A stretch of DNA of 64,000 nucleotides from positions 1,952,001-2,016,000 of the forward strand of contig CAWCKW010000012.1 in the NCBI GenBank assembly GCA_963796285.1, given 5' to 3'. Shown piece after piece: positions 50,581 to 60,652 of the stretch (its first letter is position 1; each line of letters opens with the position of its first letter). Source of the DNA: Nitrospirota bacterium. GTDB lineage: Bacteria > Nitrospirota > UBA9217. The notes under the pieces were generated by a model. It was not told the DNA's origin, did not search any database, and was given only the letters and a program-made list of their open reading frames with translations. The translations under genes and the position numbers were made by a program.

Positions 50581-53500
50581 ATGCCGGAATCAGGCCTTTC
50601 GCTATTTCATCCCCTCATCAAGCAATGGTTCTCGGAACAGGTCGGCCGACCGACCGACGTTCAGGAGAAAGCCTGGCCCGAGATCAGCCGGGGCCGTCAC
50701 GTGCTCGTTACCGCGCCCACGGGTTGCGGCAAGACGCTCGCCGCTTTCTTGTGGGCCTTGAATCAACTGGTCACCGGAGCCTGGTCCGGTGGCACGGTCC
50801 GCGTCCTCTATATCTCTCCGCTTAAAGCATTGAATAACGATGTCCGGCGAAATTTGCTGAAACCGCTCGCGGAGTTGCAGGATACATTCGACCGCGCAGG
50901 GACCGCTTTCCCGGCCATCAGCGTTCTCACCCGGAGCGGGGACACCCCGGGTGGGGAACGCCGGAGAATGCTCCGCAGGCCGCCCGAGATCCTGATCACC
51001 ACCCCGGAGTCGCTTAACCTGCTGCTTAGCTCCAGGAGCGGCCGCGGCATGCTCACGGGCATTGCAACGGTCATTCTCGATGAGATCCACGCGGTTGTGG
51101 GGACCAAGCGGGGCACTCATCTCATAACCGCGGTGGACCGGCTTGTTCCGCTCAGCGGCGATTTCCAGCGCATTGCACTCTCGGCCACGGTCAATCCAGC
51201 TGAGCGGGTCGCTGAGTTCGTGGGCGGGTTCCGTAAGGTCGGCATCGGCAAGGACAGCCGATTCGAAAAACGTCCAGTTGTCCTTGTTCAGTCCAAGCAA
51301 GCGAAGGAGTATGACATCACGGTGGCCTTCCCGCCTGACGCGCGGGAGAAGATGGTAGATGGCTCCTGGTGGCCGGCACTCATTGATGCCTTCCGGCAAA
51401 CAATCAATCGGCAACGCTCTACGCTCCTGTTCGCGAACAGCAGGAGGACAACGGAAAAGGTAACGCGCTTGATCAACGAGGCCGAGAATGCCGAGCTCGC
51501 GTATGCCCACCACGGGTCTCTCTCGCGCGAACTGCGCCTTGCCATAGAAGAAAAATTAAAGAACGGAGAGCTCAAGGCGATCGTTGCCACGAACTCGCTC
51601 GAACTGGGCATCGATATCGGGAGCCTTGACCAGGTCGTCCTGATCCAGACACCGCGTTCGGTCTCGTCCGCCCTGCAGCGCATCGGACGGTCGGGCCATT
51701 CCGTGGGGGAAAAGAGCCGGGGTCTGCTCTTCCCGACCCACGGCCGGGACTTCATCGACGCCGCGGTCATGGCACGGCTGTGCCTGGACCAGGACATCGA
51801 AGAGGTACGTCCCATCGAAGCGCCGCTCGATCTCCTGGCCCAGATCGTCCTTTCGATGTGTGCCATGGAGAAGTGGGACATCGAAGAGCTCTATGCATTT
51901 ATTAAAACCAGCTACCCGTATCGTGCCTTGCCCCGGAGGCTTTTCGACCTTGTGCTCGAAATGCTTTCCGGCAGGTATGCGGACAGCCGCTTGCGGGAAC
52001 TCAAGGCGCGCGTTTCGCTCGACCGGGTGGACAACACGATCCAGGCGCACAGCGGAGTTCTGTACCTGATCTATACATCAGGCGGGACGATCCCCGAGCG
52101 CGGCTATTTCGATCTGCGGCTCAAGGACACGCATGCGAAGATCGGCGAACTGGACGAGGAATTCGTTTGGGAGCGGTCCATCGGTGAGACCTTTACGCTC
52201 GGGACCCAGCTCTGGAGGATCGAGAAGATCACGCACAACGACGTGGAGGTGGTGCCGGTTCGGTCCGCGACCGGCATCTTCCCGTTCTGGAAAGCGGAGC
52301 AGCAGGACAGAGATTATCATTTTTCAGAAAAGATCGGTCTCTTTCTGGAACACGCGGATAGCCTGCTCGATGCCCCTGATTTTCAGCAAGAGCTTTTGGA
52401 TCGTTATGCCATGGATGAAGCTGCCGCTCACGAGCTCATCGGTTTTTTGAAACTCCAGAAAGAGGCGACCGGCAGCATGCTTCCCCACCGTCATCATCTC
52501 TTGATCGAGCACGTGGAAGAGCCCGGGGCACGCGGAGACTTCAAGCAGGTGATCCTGCATACCTTCTGGGGCGGCAGGGTGAACCGGCCTTTCAGCCTTG
52601 CCCTGGCCCAGGCCTGGGAAGATAGGGAGCGAAAGCCGCTGCAGTTCATCGCGAACGACGATGCCATCCTGCTCATGCTGCCGTGGGAGTTCCAGGCACA
52701 TGACCTCTTTTCGCTCCTCTCGCCGGAGAACGTCGAAGTCTTCCTCAGAAAGCGGCTGGAGCAGACAGGGTTTTTCGGCGCCCGGTTCCGTGAGAATGCC
52801 GAACGCGCGCTCCTGCTCCCGAAATCGAGCTTCAAGCGCAGGATGCCGCTCTGGCTCATCCGGCTCAGGTCCAAGGAGCTGCTCGCGGCCGTCTCGTCCT
52901 ACGAGGATTTCCCGATCGTGCTCGAAACGTGGCGCACCTGCCTTGAGGACGAGTTCGATCTCGCGCACGTCAGGAGCGTGATCGAAGAGCTTCGGACCGG
53001 GATGGTCCGCGTGAGTGAGACCGTGACCAGGACCGCTTCTCCCTTTGCCGGGGGCCTTGTCTGGAAACAGACGAACAAGTACATGTACGACGACGATACG
53101 CCGCTCCTGGCAAAAGAGTCTGCCCTGCGTCCCGATCTGATCAGAGAGCTGATGTTCTCGTCCCACCTCCGTCCGAAGATCCCCGCCGAGGTGATCAGGG
53201 TGCTGGACAACAAGCTGAAGCGCACAGCCCCCGGCTACGCTCCGGTCTCGGCTGTCGAACTCCTGGACTGGGTGAAGGAGCGAATGCTCATCCCGGAGAC
53301 GGAGTGGAACGAGCTGGCAAGCGCCATCAGGAGAGACCTGGACGGGGACGCGGCAACATGGCTCGTTTCCCAGGCAAGGAAGCTCTTCTGGGTGAGCTGG
53401 CCCGGCGTGAGGCACTCGCTGTTGTGCGCTCTCGAGACACTACCGAAAGTGGTCGTCGCCTTCCGCCTGCACCCGGACGTTCTCGCGGTGCGCCCGGTGA

Positions 53501-55044
53501 GCATTGATGAACAGGCGGACATGGTCACACGGCGCGTCCTTGCCTTTTTGCGCGAGCCGCCCGAGTCCGCAAAGGCAACCGAGGAGTATGACCTGGCGAA
53601 CTTCCTCGCGGAGTGGCTTTCCTTTTACGGACCGCTGGAGAAGGACGAACTGGTCCATCTGCTCGGCATCACGCTGGAGCGGATCGATGAGGCGATCGAA
53701 CCGTTGATCGAGTCGCAGGACCTCGTCATGGACCGCTTCAGGGAGGAGAGCCGCGCGCTCGAGCTCTGCGACAGCGGCAATCTCGAGGTCCTTCTTCGCA
53801 TGGCGCGGCGGTACCGCCAGCCGTCATTCGAACCGCTTCCGCTTGAAGAGCTCCCGCTGTTCCTTGCCGCCTATCAGGGCATCGTCCCGCGGGGAGAAGC
53901 CATGAACGACCTCCAGCAACGGCTTGAGCAGCTGTTCGGATTTCCCACGCCTGCCGGGGCCTGGGAGGAATATATCCTGCCGGGCCGGATGCAGCAGTAC
54001 CGGAGCGAATGGCTGGACACGCTCATGGACCGGAGCGAACTTCTCTGGTTCGGGTGCGGAGTGCGCCGCGTCAGCCTTGCGTTCAGCCAGGACCTGGAGC
54101 TCTTCCGACCTGAAGCACCTCGGGAGCAGGATGATGAACTTGCCCGCCTGATTCCCGAACGCCGCGGCAGATACAGTTTCCTGGAAATAACCGAGCTGTC
54201 CCATATGGACACGGTGCACGCAACAGAGCTTCTCTGGAAGGAGGCCTGGAGAGGCAATGTGACGAGCGATTCGTTCAGGACGCTCAGAAAAGGCGTTATG
54301 ACCGGGTTCTCTGCGCAGGCTTTCACGGATGAGGCGCGGCTCACCTCGCGCAGGTCCGGGTTCAATCGGTGGAAGGTCTCCCGCCCCCTGGAAGGGCATT
54401 GGCTCAGGATCGATCCCCTGCCGCGCGAGCGCGATCTCCTGGAAAACGAGGAGCTCGTGAAGGACCGGATCCGGCTTCTTCTGAAGCGCTACGGCGTGCT
54501 CTTCCGCGAGCTCCTGGCGAACGAATTGCCGTTGCTGCAATGGCGCGGGATCTTTCGGTCATTGCGTCTCATGGAGCTCTCGGGTGAGGTGCTGTCCGGT
54601 TATTTCTTCGAGGGCATCGTTGGTCCGCAGTTCGTCACGCATGACGCCCTCCGCATGCTGCGGGAACCGCTGCCGAAAGACGCTGTTTACTGGCTCAATG
54701 CAGCGGATCCCGCGTCGTTCTGCGGCCTGGGTATAGGATCGCGCCAGGGCCTGCCGCCGCGGCTTGCGTCGAGCTACCTGGTGTATCGCGGAAGCAGCCT
54801 CGTGATGGTGGCCAGACGCCTAGGCAAAGACCTTACCATCCTTACAGGCATTGAAGACCCGCGGCTCCCTGAATACCTGGTCCTGTTCAAAGACCTGCTA
54901 GGCCGGGAGTTCAAACCCGTGCAGAAGGTGAGTATAGAAACGGTCAACGGAGAGCCTGTTTATCGCACCCCCTTTGCCGCCGCGCTCAAGGCATTCGGCT
55001 TCCGGTCCGCGAGAAACGCGCTTGAGTTGTGGAAAGAATATTGA
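50581..55044 (+). CDS. lhr: Long-form Lhr DEAH-box helicase
   Basis: APTGCGKT, YISPLKAL, TTPESL, DEIH, SAT, HHGSLS, SLELGIDIG, QRIGRSGH, LLKRYGV in the C-terminal extension. Confidence 0.95.
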   Translation: MPESGLSLFHPLIKQWFSEQVGRPTDVQEKAWPEISRGRHVLVTAPTGCGKTLAAFLWALNQLVTGAWSGGTVRVLYISPLKALNNDVRRNLLKPLAELQDTFDRAGTAFPAISVLTRSGDTPGGERRRMLRRPPEILITTPESLNLLLSSRSGRGMLTGIATVILDEIHAVVGTKRGTHLITAVDRLVPLSGDFQRIALSATVNPAERVAEFVGGFRKVGIGKDSRFEKRPVVLVQSKQAKEYDITVAFPPDAREKMVDGSWWPALIDAFRQTINRQRSTLLFANSRRTTEKVTRLINEAENAELAYAHHGSLSRELRLAIEEKLKNGELKAIVATNSLELGIDIGSLDQVVLIQTPRSVSSALQRIGRSGHSVGEKSRGLLFPTHGRDFIDAAVMARLCLDQDIEEVRPIEAPLDLLAQIVLSMCAMEKWDIEELYAFIKTSYPYRALPRRLFDLVLEMLSGRYADSRLRELKARVSLDRVDNTIQAHSGVLYLIYTSGGTIPERGYFDLRLKDTHAKIGELDEEFVWERSIGETFTLGTQLWRIEKITHNDVEVVPVRSATGIFPFWKAEQQDRDYHFSEKIGLFLEHADSLLDAPDFQQELLDRYAMDEAAAHELIGFLKLQKEATGSMLPHRHHLLIEHVEEPGARGDFKQVILHTFWGGRVNRPFSLALAQAWEDRERKPLQFIANDDAILLMLPWEFQAHDLFSLLSPENVEVFLRKRLEQTGFFGARFRENAERALLLPKSSFKRRMPLWLIRLRSKELLAAVSSYEDFPIVLETWRTCLEDEFDLAHVRSVIEELRTGMVRVSETVTRTASPFAGGLVWKQTNKYMYDDDTPLLAKESALRPDLIRELMFSSHLRPKIPAEVIRVLDNKLKRTAPGYAPVSAVELLDWVKERMLIPETEWNELASAIRRDLDGDAATWLVSQARKLFWVSWPGVRHSLLCALETLPKVVVAFRLHPDVLAVRPVSIDEQADMVTRRVLAFLREPPESAKATEEYDLANFLAEWLSFYGPLEKDELVHLLGITLERIDEAIEPLIESQDLVMDRFREESRALELCDSGNLEVLLRMARRYRQPSFEPLPLEELPLFLAAYQGIVPRGEAMNDLQQRLEQLFGFPTPAGAWEEYILPGRMQQYRSEWLDTLMDRSELLWFGCGVRRVSLAFSQDLELFRPEAPREQDDELARLIPERRGRYSFLEITELSHMDTVHATELLWKEAWRGNVTSDSFRTLRKGVMTGFSAQAFTDEARLTSRRSGFNRWKVSRPLEGHWLRIDPLPRERDLLENEELVKDRIRLLLKRYGVLFRELLANELPLLQWRGIFRSLRLMELSGEVLSGYFFEGIVGPQFVTHDALRMLREPLPKDAVYWLNAADPASFCGLGIGSRQGLPPRLASSYLVYRGSSLVMVARRLGKDLTILTGIEDPRLPEYLVLFKDLLGREFKPVQKVSIETVNGEPVYRTPFAAALKAFGFRSARNALELWKEY

Positions 55045-55419
55045 CATGACGTGTGCGACCAGGTACCGGGTCGTCGTTGTCTGAAGAACGCGTAGTGTGC
55101 CGGCACCTGGGCGGAAGTAGATGACGCGTTCCAGCCCCCGATGCGGAAGATTGGACTGAAAGCGGATGGAAGGATGGACCCTTGACAGCACGTCCCGATT
55201 GGTCTACCTTTGAATCGGGGACAGAGACATGTACGGTTGCGAGGCAGATCATGCATGCGGAGAACGTTCAGCGTCGGATAGGATGTCATTCATGATTTTT
55301 ATTCAACGGCAGAGCCTCTTCCCGTTCTCATTTTTATCTGTTCTGCCGGCGTCCGGTTTTATCCGTGGCAGCTTCATTTTCCCGGATAAACAACGGAATG
55401 GGCAGGGAAGGAGGGCATC

Positions 55420-56058
55420 ATGAAGATCGGCATTCTTGGATCAGGCGATGTGGCAAAGGCACTGGCAGGAGGTTTTCTGAAATCCGGCCACGAGGTGATG
55501 CTCGGAACGCGCACGATGGGCAAACTTGCGAACTGGGTTCAAAAGAACCCGCGGGCAAGGACCGGCAGTTTCGCAGACGCGGCGCAGTTCGGGGACATGG
55601 TGGTCCTGGCAATCAAGGGGACTGCGGCGTCAGAGGCAATCCGGGCCGCCGGGCCGGCGAACCTGGCAAGGAAGACCGTGATGGATGTGACCAACCCCCT
55701 CGCTGACGCGCCCCCGGTGAACGGCGTCATCAAGTTCTTCACGACCCTGGACGAGGCCCTGATGGAGCGTCTGCAGAAGGAGTTCCCGGAAGTGCGGTTC
55801 GTCAAGGCCTTCAATTCCGTGGGCAATGCGTTTATGGTGAACCCGCAGTTCAAGGGCGGCAAACCCACGATGTTCATCTGCGGGAACGACGACGCAGCGA
55901 AGAAGACCGTGGCCGGGATCGTGGAACAGTTCGGCTGGGAGGTCTCGGATATGGGCAGAGCGGAGGCGGCGCGGGCGATCGAGCCGCTTTGTATGCTCTG
56001 GTGCATACCCGGTTTTCTCAGGAATGACTGGGCGCATGCCTTCAAGATGGTGACGTAG
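55420..56058 (+). CDS. NADP oxidoreductase, F420-dependent reductase-like family
   Basis: IGILGSGDVA, DVTNP, VKAFN, ICGND. Confidence 0.88.
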   Translation: MKIGILGSGDVAKALAGGFLKSGHEVMLGTRTMGKLANWVQKNPRARTGSFADAAQFGDMVVLAIKGTAASEAIRAAGPANLARKTVMDVTNPLADAPPVNGVIKFFTTLDEALMERLQKEFPEVRFVKAFNSVGNAFMVNPQFKGGKPTMFICGNDDAAKKTVAGIVEQFGWEVSDMGRAEAARAIEPLCMLWCIPGFLRNDWAHAFKMVT

Positions 56059-56325
56059 TCGGAACGGCATTACCCTGGGATGCCTGCGGGACGTTGATGC
56101 TTAATGCTTTGCTCATGGCAGGTAACATCCCCGATGCACAACACCATGCGTGCGGTATACGAAGAAGCAATGCAGCTGGGGCAAATCGAAAACGATGTTA
56201 ATATTTTTTCCCATGAATCCGGGAACCTCACAATGGCGGGTCAATAATCTTTAATCCCGCCCTTGTTGTCTGCTATCCTAGTTACTAAATTTCCAATTCC
56301 CGGGTGGAACGAGAGGTCACTAACA

Positions 56326-56817
56326 ATGAACATCGAGATCACAGCGAACGAATACCGCGACCTGTTGGATATCCTGCACATTGCCGATGTCATCATGTCC
56401 GGGCACCGGAGGGAACCGGACAAACGCAGCGAGCAACACCGTGCGCTTATCCAGAAGGTCTATGGCCTGGCGCAGGGCGAGGGCCTTGGCCGTCTGATGC
56501 GCCAGGACGCGCCTGATACTGTCCATGTCCCTACGCCGGAGTTCGAGGAAAGCACTCTGTCGCACGTGCTGATCAATGAGTTCGCTGACCACGTCTTCTG
56601 GGATGAGTTGATCTCACGGTTGTCCGTACGGGACGCGGCGCAGACCGTGGGAGGGATGGAACGACTCAATGCTATGAATGAGAGCGACCGCCAGGCAGCG
56701 GAAGGGATCATCCGTCGGCATTATATCGAGGAGTTTTCAAGGAACGGCCTTACCAATGTGGCAGTCATCGACAGCTTCGAAATCGGTGGAAACGAGCCCG
56801 TCAAAACGTCGGATTGA
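56326..56817 (+). CDS. Hypothetical protein
   Basis: GAGG RBS before MNIEIT; 163 aa with FWDELISRL..RD. Confidence 0.75.
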   Translation: MNIEITANEYRDLLDILHIADVIMSGHRREPDKRSEQHRALIQKVYGLAQGEGLGRLMRQDAPDTVHVPTPEFEESTLSHVLINEFADHVFWDELISRLSVRDAAQTVGGMERLNAMNESDRQAAEGIIRRHYIEEFSRNGLTNVAVIDSFEIGGNEPVKTSD

Positions 56818-56911
56818 CTTCGCTTGACAACACCCGTTAGAGGAGTGACCCTGTGATGTTCCTGACCAGCCCGGATATACCCCCTGCGCAGCATGCATTC
56901 ACCGCGCGGCC

Positions 56912-57439
56912 CTAGGAAGCCTTGGCCCTCTTGTGCAGGTGTGCATCCGTCATGTCCTGTTTCCCGGGTCCGACTCCGGCTTTGCGGTGAACGGACAGCA
57001 TATGAACATTGGATCGAGGGAGACATGGCATATAGGTGAACTTGACGGCCTTGGCCTTGTCATTGTGGTGATCCCGGTAGGCCATCACTCGCGCAACCTC
57101 GTTAAGCCGTAAAGGAACCGGCTCTTTGCGGCTCATCAGGCACATGTAGAGTATGTCCTGGTCGTTGAGATAGAGCTTTGTGGCAAAGTCTTCCCATGTC
57201 TGATCGAGGAGGCCCTGCTGCATTGCGTCCTCGACGGTTATCGTCCTAAACCTGGCCGGATCATAGATGTCGGATAGCGCCAGCCGGGGAGCGTCTTCGT
57301 TCACGGCTACGGCAAGCCGGAAGGCCCCCGCGCCTTCATCGCGTTTCCGGCGCGGGCCGTAATGATACCTGTCGTCGGTCCTGCTGTAGCAGAGAAGGCT
57401 GATAACCTGTTCTGCCGCTTCTGACGTGAATGGTCGCAT
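56912..57439 (-). CDS. Hypothetical protein
   Basis: AAGGGAG RBS before MRPFTSE; own promoter upstream. Confidence 0.65.
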   Translation of the reverse strand: MRPFTSEAAEQVISLLCYSRTDDRYHYGPRRKRDEGAGAFRLAVAVNEDAPRLALSDIYDPARFRTITVEDAMQQGLLDQTWEDFATKLYLNDQDILYMCLMSRKEPVPLRLNEVARVMAYRDHHNDKAKAVKFTYMPCLPRSNVHMLSVHRKAGVGPGKQDMTDAHLHKRAKAS

Positions 57440-57533
57440 TGGTTTCTCCCTTCCTGATCTCGTTGCCGTTGATCCCGGATTGAAGCTCAGCGGATTACTC
57501 GATACGCCGCGCCCCCAACACATACATTGTTCT

Positions 57534-57561
57534 ATTATATCTCGATATTAGATATTGTCAA
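57534..57561 (-). promoter_or_regulatory. Sigma70 promoter with internal palindrome
   Basis: TTGACA-16 nt-TATAAT; ATATCT-N7-AGATAT at 57537-57555. Confidence 0.6.
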
Positions 57562-57728
57562 GAAAGGGACCCTCTTTCATCCAGATCTGCGTTTTTCGCA
57601 AAATGAAAAAGGATAGGGAGGCTCCAGAATTAATCATTGCTGCGCTGATGGACGGGAATAGGGATGGTCGCCGATTCATGAATCATTGAGTGTCAGCTAT
57701 TTTATTAAGGCAAGACCATAGGCCTGAC

Positions 57729-58397
57729 TTACGATGCCCCTTTTGCAAGGTGAGCGATATCCATGTTTTCCAGGATCTGTTTAGGATAGCCCTGCCCGGT
57801 AGCGTGGAGCATCGCAAGACCCAGTTCCTCAAGCGTGCAGACATATTGGGGAAAAAAGATTTTCCAGACCGGATACAGCAGCCCGACCGCGGCGGATATT
57901 GCGTGGGCGTGTCCAACGCCTTTGATGGGTCTGATAAAACCCGGCCGGAACATATATGCAGCCTTGAACGGTAGCTTCATCAGAACATTTTCCGTTCTCC
58001 CTTTTACCCGGGCCCACATAATACGGCCTTGTCCAGTGCTGTCGGTCCCCGTGCCGGACACATAACAGAAGGTCATGCCGGGGTTCAGTCGCGACAAGAT
58101 GGTCGCGGCGCTCATCGTAAGGTCATAGCTGATCCGCGTATAATCTTTTTCAGACATTCCCACCGAGGAGACGCCGAGGCAAAAATAGCAGGCATTAAAT
58201 CCCCTGAGCTGTTCTTCGATGGCAGAATAGTTGAAAAAATCGTTATGAAGCAGTTCCGTGAGTTTTGGATGTTTCACCCCGCATGGCCTTCTGCCGATGA
58301 CCAGGACGGACTCCACGTCACGATGATCTAAGATCACGTGGAGGACCCCCGCTCCTACCATGCCCGTAGCTCCGAATAGTATGGCCTTGATCTTCAT
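57729..58397 (-). CDS. NAD(P)-binding epimerase/SDR-like protein
   Basis: LFGATGMVG, FCLG, MWARVKG..E, FRPG. Confidence 0.9.
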   Translation of the reverse strand: MKIKAILFGATGMVGAGVLHVILDHRDVESVLVIGRRPCGVKHPKLTELLHNDFFNYSAIEEQLRGFNACYFCLGVSSVGMSEKDYTRISYDLTMSAATILSRLNPGMTFCYVSGTGTDSTGQGRIMWARVKGRTENVLMKLPFKAAYMFRPGFIRPIKGVGHAHAISAAVGLLYPVWKIFFPQYVCTLEELGLAMLHATGQGYPKQILENMDIAHLAKGAS

Positions 58398-58704
58398 TCA
58401 CTCACCTCCATTTATCCTGGCAATCCTTCTTTCGAGTCCGGATCGCACAACCTGATGGATCCGTTCCTGCTCCTCATACTATTAGTATACTGCTGAATAG
58501 AGGTCTCCGGGACTGGCGCTTTTGCGGATTCAATATCAATCATGCCATAAGCTGCCCTTGAACCCCGATCAGGCAAAGGAAAAAGAGAACAAGAAATGTG
58601 CTATAATCAAGACAGGAACAGGGTTCTTTCCATCAGGGAAATTGCAATCGGTCTCGCAAGGGGCCGTGTCTTATTGCAGGTTTCCGGGCCGGAAGGGAGG
58701 CAGT

Positions 58705-58899
58705 ATGAACAGGATAGAGAAGAAAGAAACAGCGACCGACGCTGCGAGGTTATTTAAAGAGGAAGTCCGCGAATTGATGCCGGATATTCCCCGCAGAGAG
58801 CTTTGCGAGATGGTTGATGAATATATCTATTATCAGACGGACGATCTGAGCAAGCAAGAAGCAGACGCTATCGTTGAGGCTACCTGCATTCTGAAGTAG
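58705..58899 (+). CDS. Small acidic hypothetical protein (64 aa)
   Basis: GGAGG RBS before MNRIEKK. Confidence 0.6.
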   Translation: MNRIEKKETATDAARLFKEEVRELMPDIPRRELCEMVDEYIYYQTDDLSKQEADAIVEATCILK

Positions 58900-59172
58900 C
58901 TCTGGTCGGTCTTGAAAAGGGAAATGAAAAATAAAAACCTGAGGGTGATATTTTATCCTTAAAGATGTTTTTACAGGGCCAAGTAGATCTTTTACCGTAA
59001 AACCACCATTCAGAGACGGATGGATCGGTTATAACGTATGATAAAATCGGATGAAAATAGAGCTAATATTTTTTACAGGCCGCCACCCCAACGATGAACT
59101 GCTTTCTTGGCGAATATCCGATTTTATCCGGCTCTAATCTGCATTAATGCGTGGCAAATGCCTTTTCCAGGT

Positions 59173-60021
59173 TCACCAATCCCCGCAATATTCAAATGCC
59201 TGCTTCGTTGTCAAGCGCTGTATATTCTCCCCTGTTTCGGACATCCGGTAAAGATTACAGAGCGATTCAGCGTCTTCCCAGTCGCAATTGCTGGAAAAGA
59301 TGATCCCCCTGTTGGACCAGATGGGAGACGAATCAGCTCCCCGCGCGGGATGCTCGAACGGAACGATTTCCCCGGTATCAACATTGAGCCTGCGGAGGTG
59401 GGGCGTACCCAGGTCGCAGCGGTAAATGAGCCACGACCCGTCCGGTGACCAGGAAGGGTTCGCATGCAGGGCGTCGTCCGTCGTGAGTCGTCTCTGGTTC
59501 CCGCCTGCGGGGTCCATGACCCAGACATGGGAGGTCTTGGCCCCCGGCGCGAACTGGACGAACGCGATCAGATCTCCGCGGGGCGACCACATCGGGTTCA
59601 CGTGTTCCGAAGGCCCCTGGGTAAGTCTGGTGAATCCCGTTCCGTCCAAATGGACGACATGCACCTGCTGGAGCCCGCTTTCATCAACGCCGGAAAAAAC
59701 AAGACGACGGTCGTCGGGCGCCCAGTCCACGCTGCTGATGTTGAGGTCTCCGCTCGTGATCTGGGCCGTTTTGCGGGTAGCAAGGTCCATGAAGAATATG
59801 TTGTACAATTTCCTGGCGTTGTTCTTCGTGCTCACGAAGGCGATCATGGACCTTTCCCTGTTATACCGGGGCGCTGCATTGTCAATGTATTCCCCGTCTG
59901 CCCCCGGGTTTATCGTGAGCCGGGTCTCGTTCTTCCCGTCCGGGTCGATGGCATAAATGTCGTTGTACATCTCCTTGCCGTCTCCGTCGAATCGTGTAAA
60001 TACGATGCGAGCTTGATCCAT
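59173..60021 (-). CDS. PD40/TolB-like beta-propeller without a signal peptide
   Basis: Repeated DWAPDD, PMWSPRG, PSWSPDG motifs; start MDQARI. Confidence 0.85.
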   Translation of the reverse strand: MDQARIVFTRFDGDGKEMYNDIYAIDPDGKNETRLTINPGADGEYIDNAAPRYNRERSMIAFVSTKNNARKLYNIFFMDLATRKTAQITSGDLNISSVDWAPDDRRLVFSGVDESGLQQVHVVHLDGTGFTRLTQGPSEHVNPMWSPRGDLIAFVQFAPGAKTSHVWVMDPAGGNQRRLTTDDALHANPSWSPDGSWLIYRCDLGTPHLRRLNVDTGEIVPFEHPARGADSSPIWSNRGIIFSSNCDWEDAESLCNLYRMSETGENIQRLTTKQAFEYCGDW

Positions 60022-60291
60022 GCGTGTGCCTCTTTCCTGTTCCTGGGGAACGCTTATTATTGAGCGACAGATTAACAAGGAATGGGGATAAAGTCAAACA
60101 GCAATGATCAGGCGGGCCGCCGCGGCGAGCAGTATCAGATGTGCGATAGCAAGAAAAGAGGCGAATGCTGACAGTTAAGATCCAACGATGTTCCTGACCC
60201 GTAATTATTAAGCAGAACACCCTCTGGATGCATCACGCTTTCTCGAACATTTACGTTAAAAATCAATACGTTTGAAATAAACTATTTTTAC

Positions 60292-60320
60292 TTGACATTA
60301 CCAAAATAATTAGATAAAAT
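60292..60320 (+). promoter_or_regulatory. Sigma70-like promoter in the AT-rich region upstream of the membrane GGDEF gene
   Basis: TTGACA-17 nt-TAAAAT. Confidence 0.6.
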
Positions 60321-60652
60321 ATTACCATCTGTGGTACCAATAATTGGCATTGTCGTGTGAAGCAATAATTAAATGCCGAAATCAGGTGAATTTCTAATAG
60401 AATCGAAACTTATATATAGGCTATATCCGATTACTGATAGCTGTCCGCCTGAGATTGCATTACTCAACGGTCAGTAATTAGTGAGAGGGAAGGCTTGACT
60501 CCAAAAGAAAATATCTGACATCTTATGCCTAATATATAGTTTTTCCGTACAGACAACAAGTTGGACGATATACCCTTATACCTGCGGAGTTGCATGAATT
60601 TTGCCGGATATTGAGTTAGGAAGCTTCAACGAACTCCAGACGAGGACCGAGC

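Noticed and set aside
54898-55423. Short overlapping ORFs after lhr
   Set aside because: Conflicting frames, no RBS or motif support
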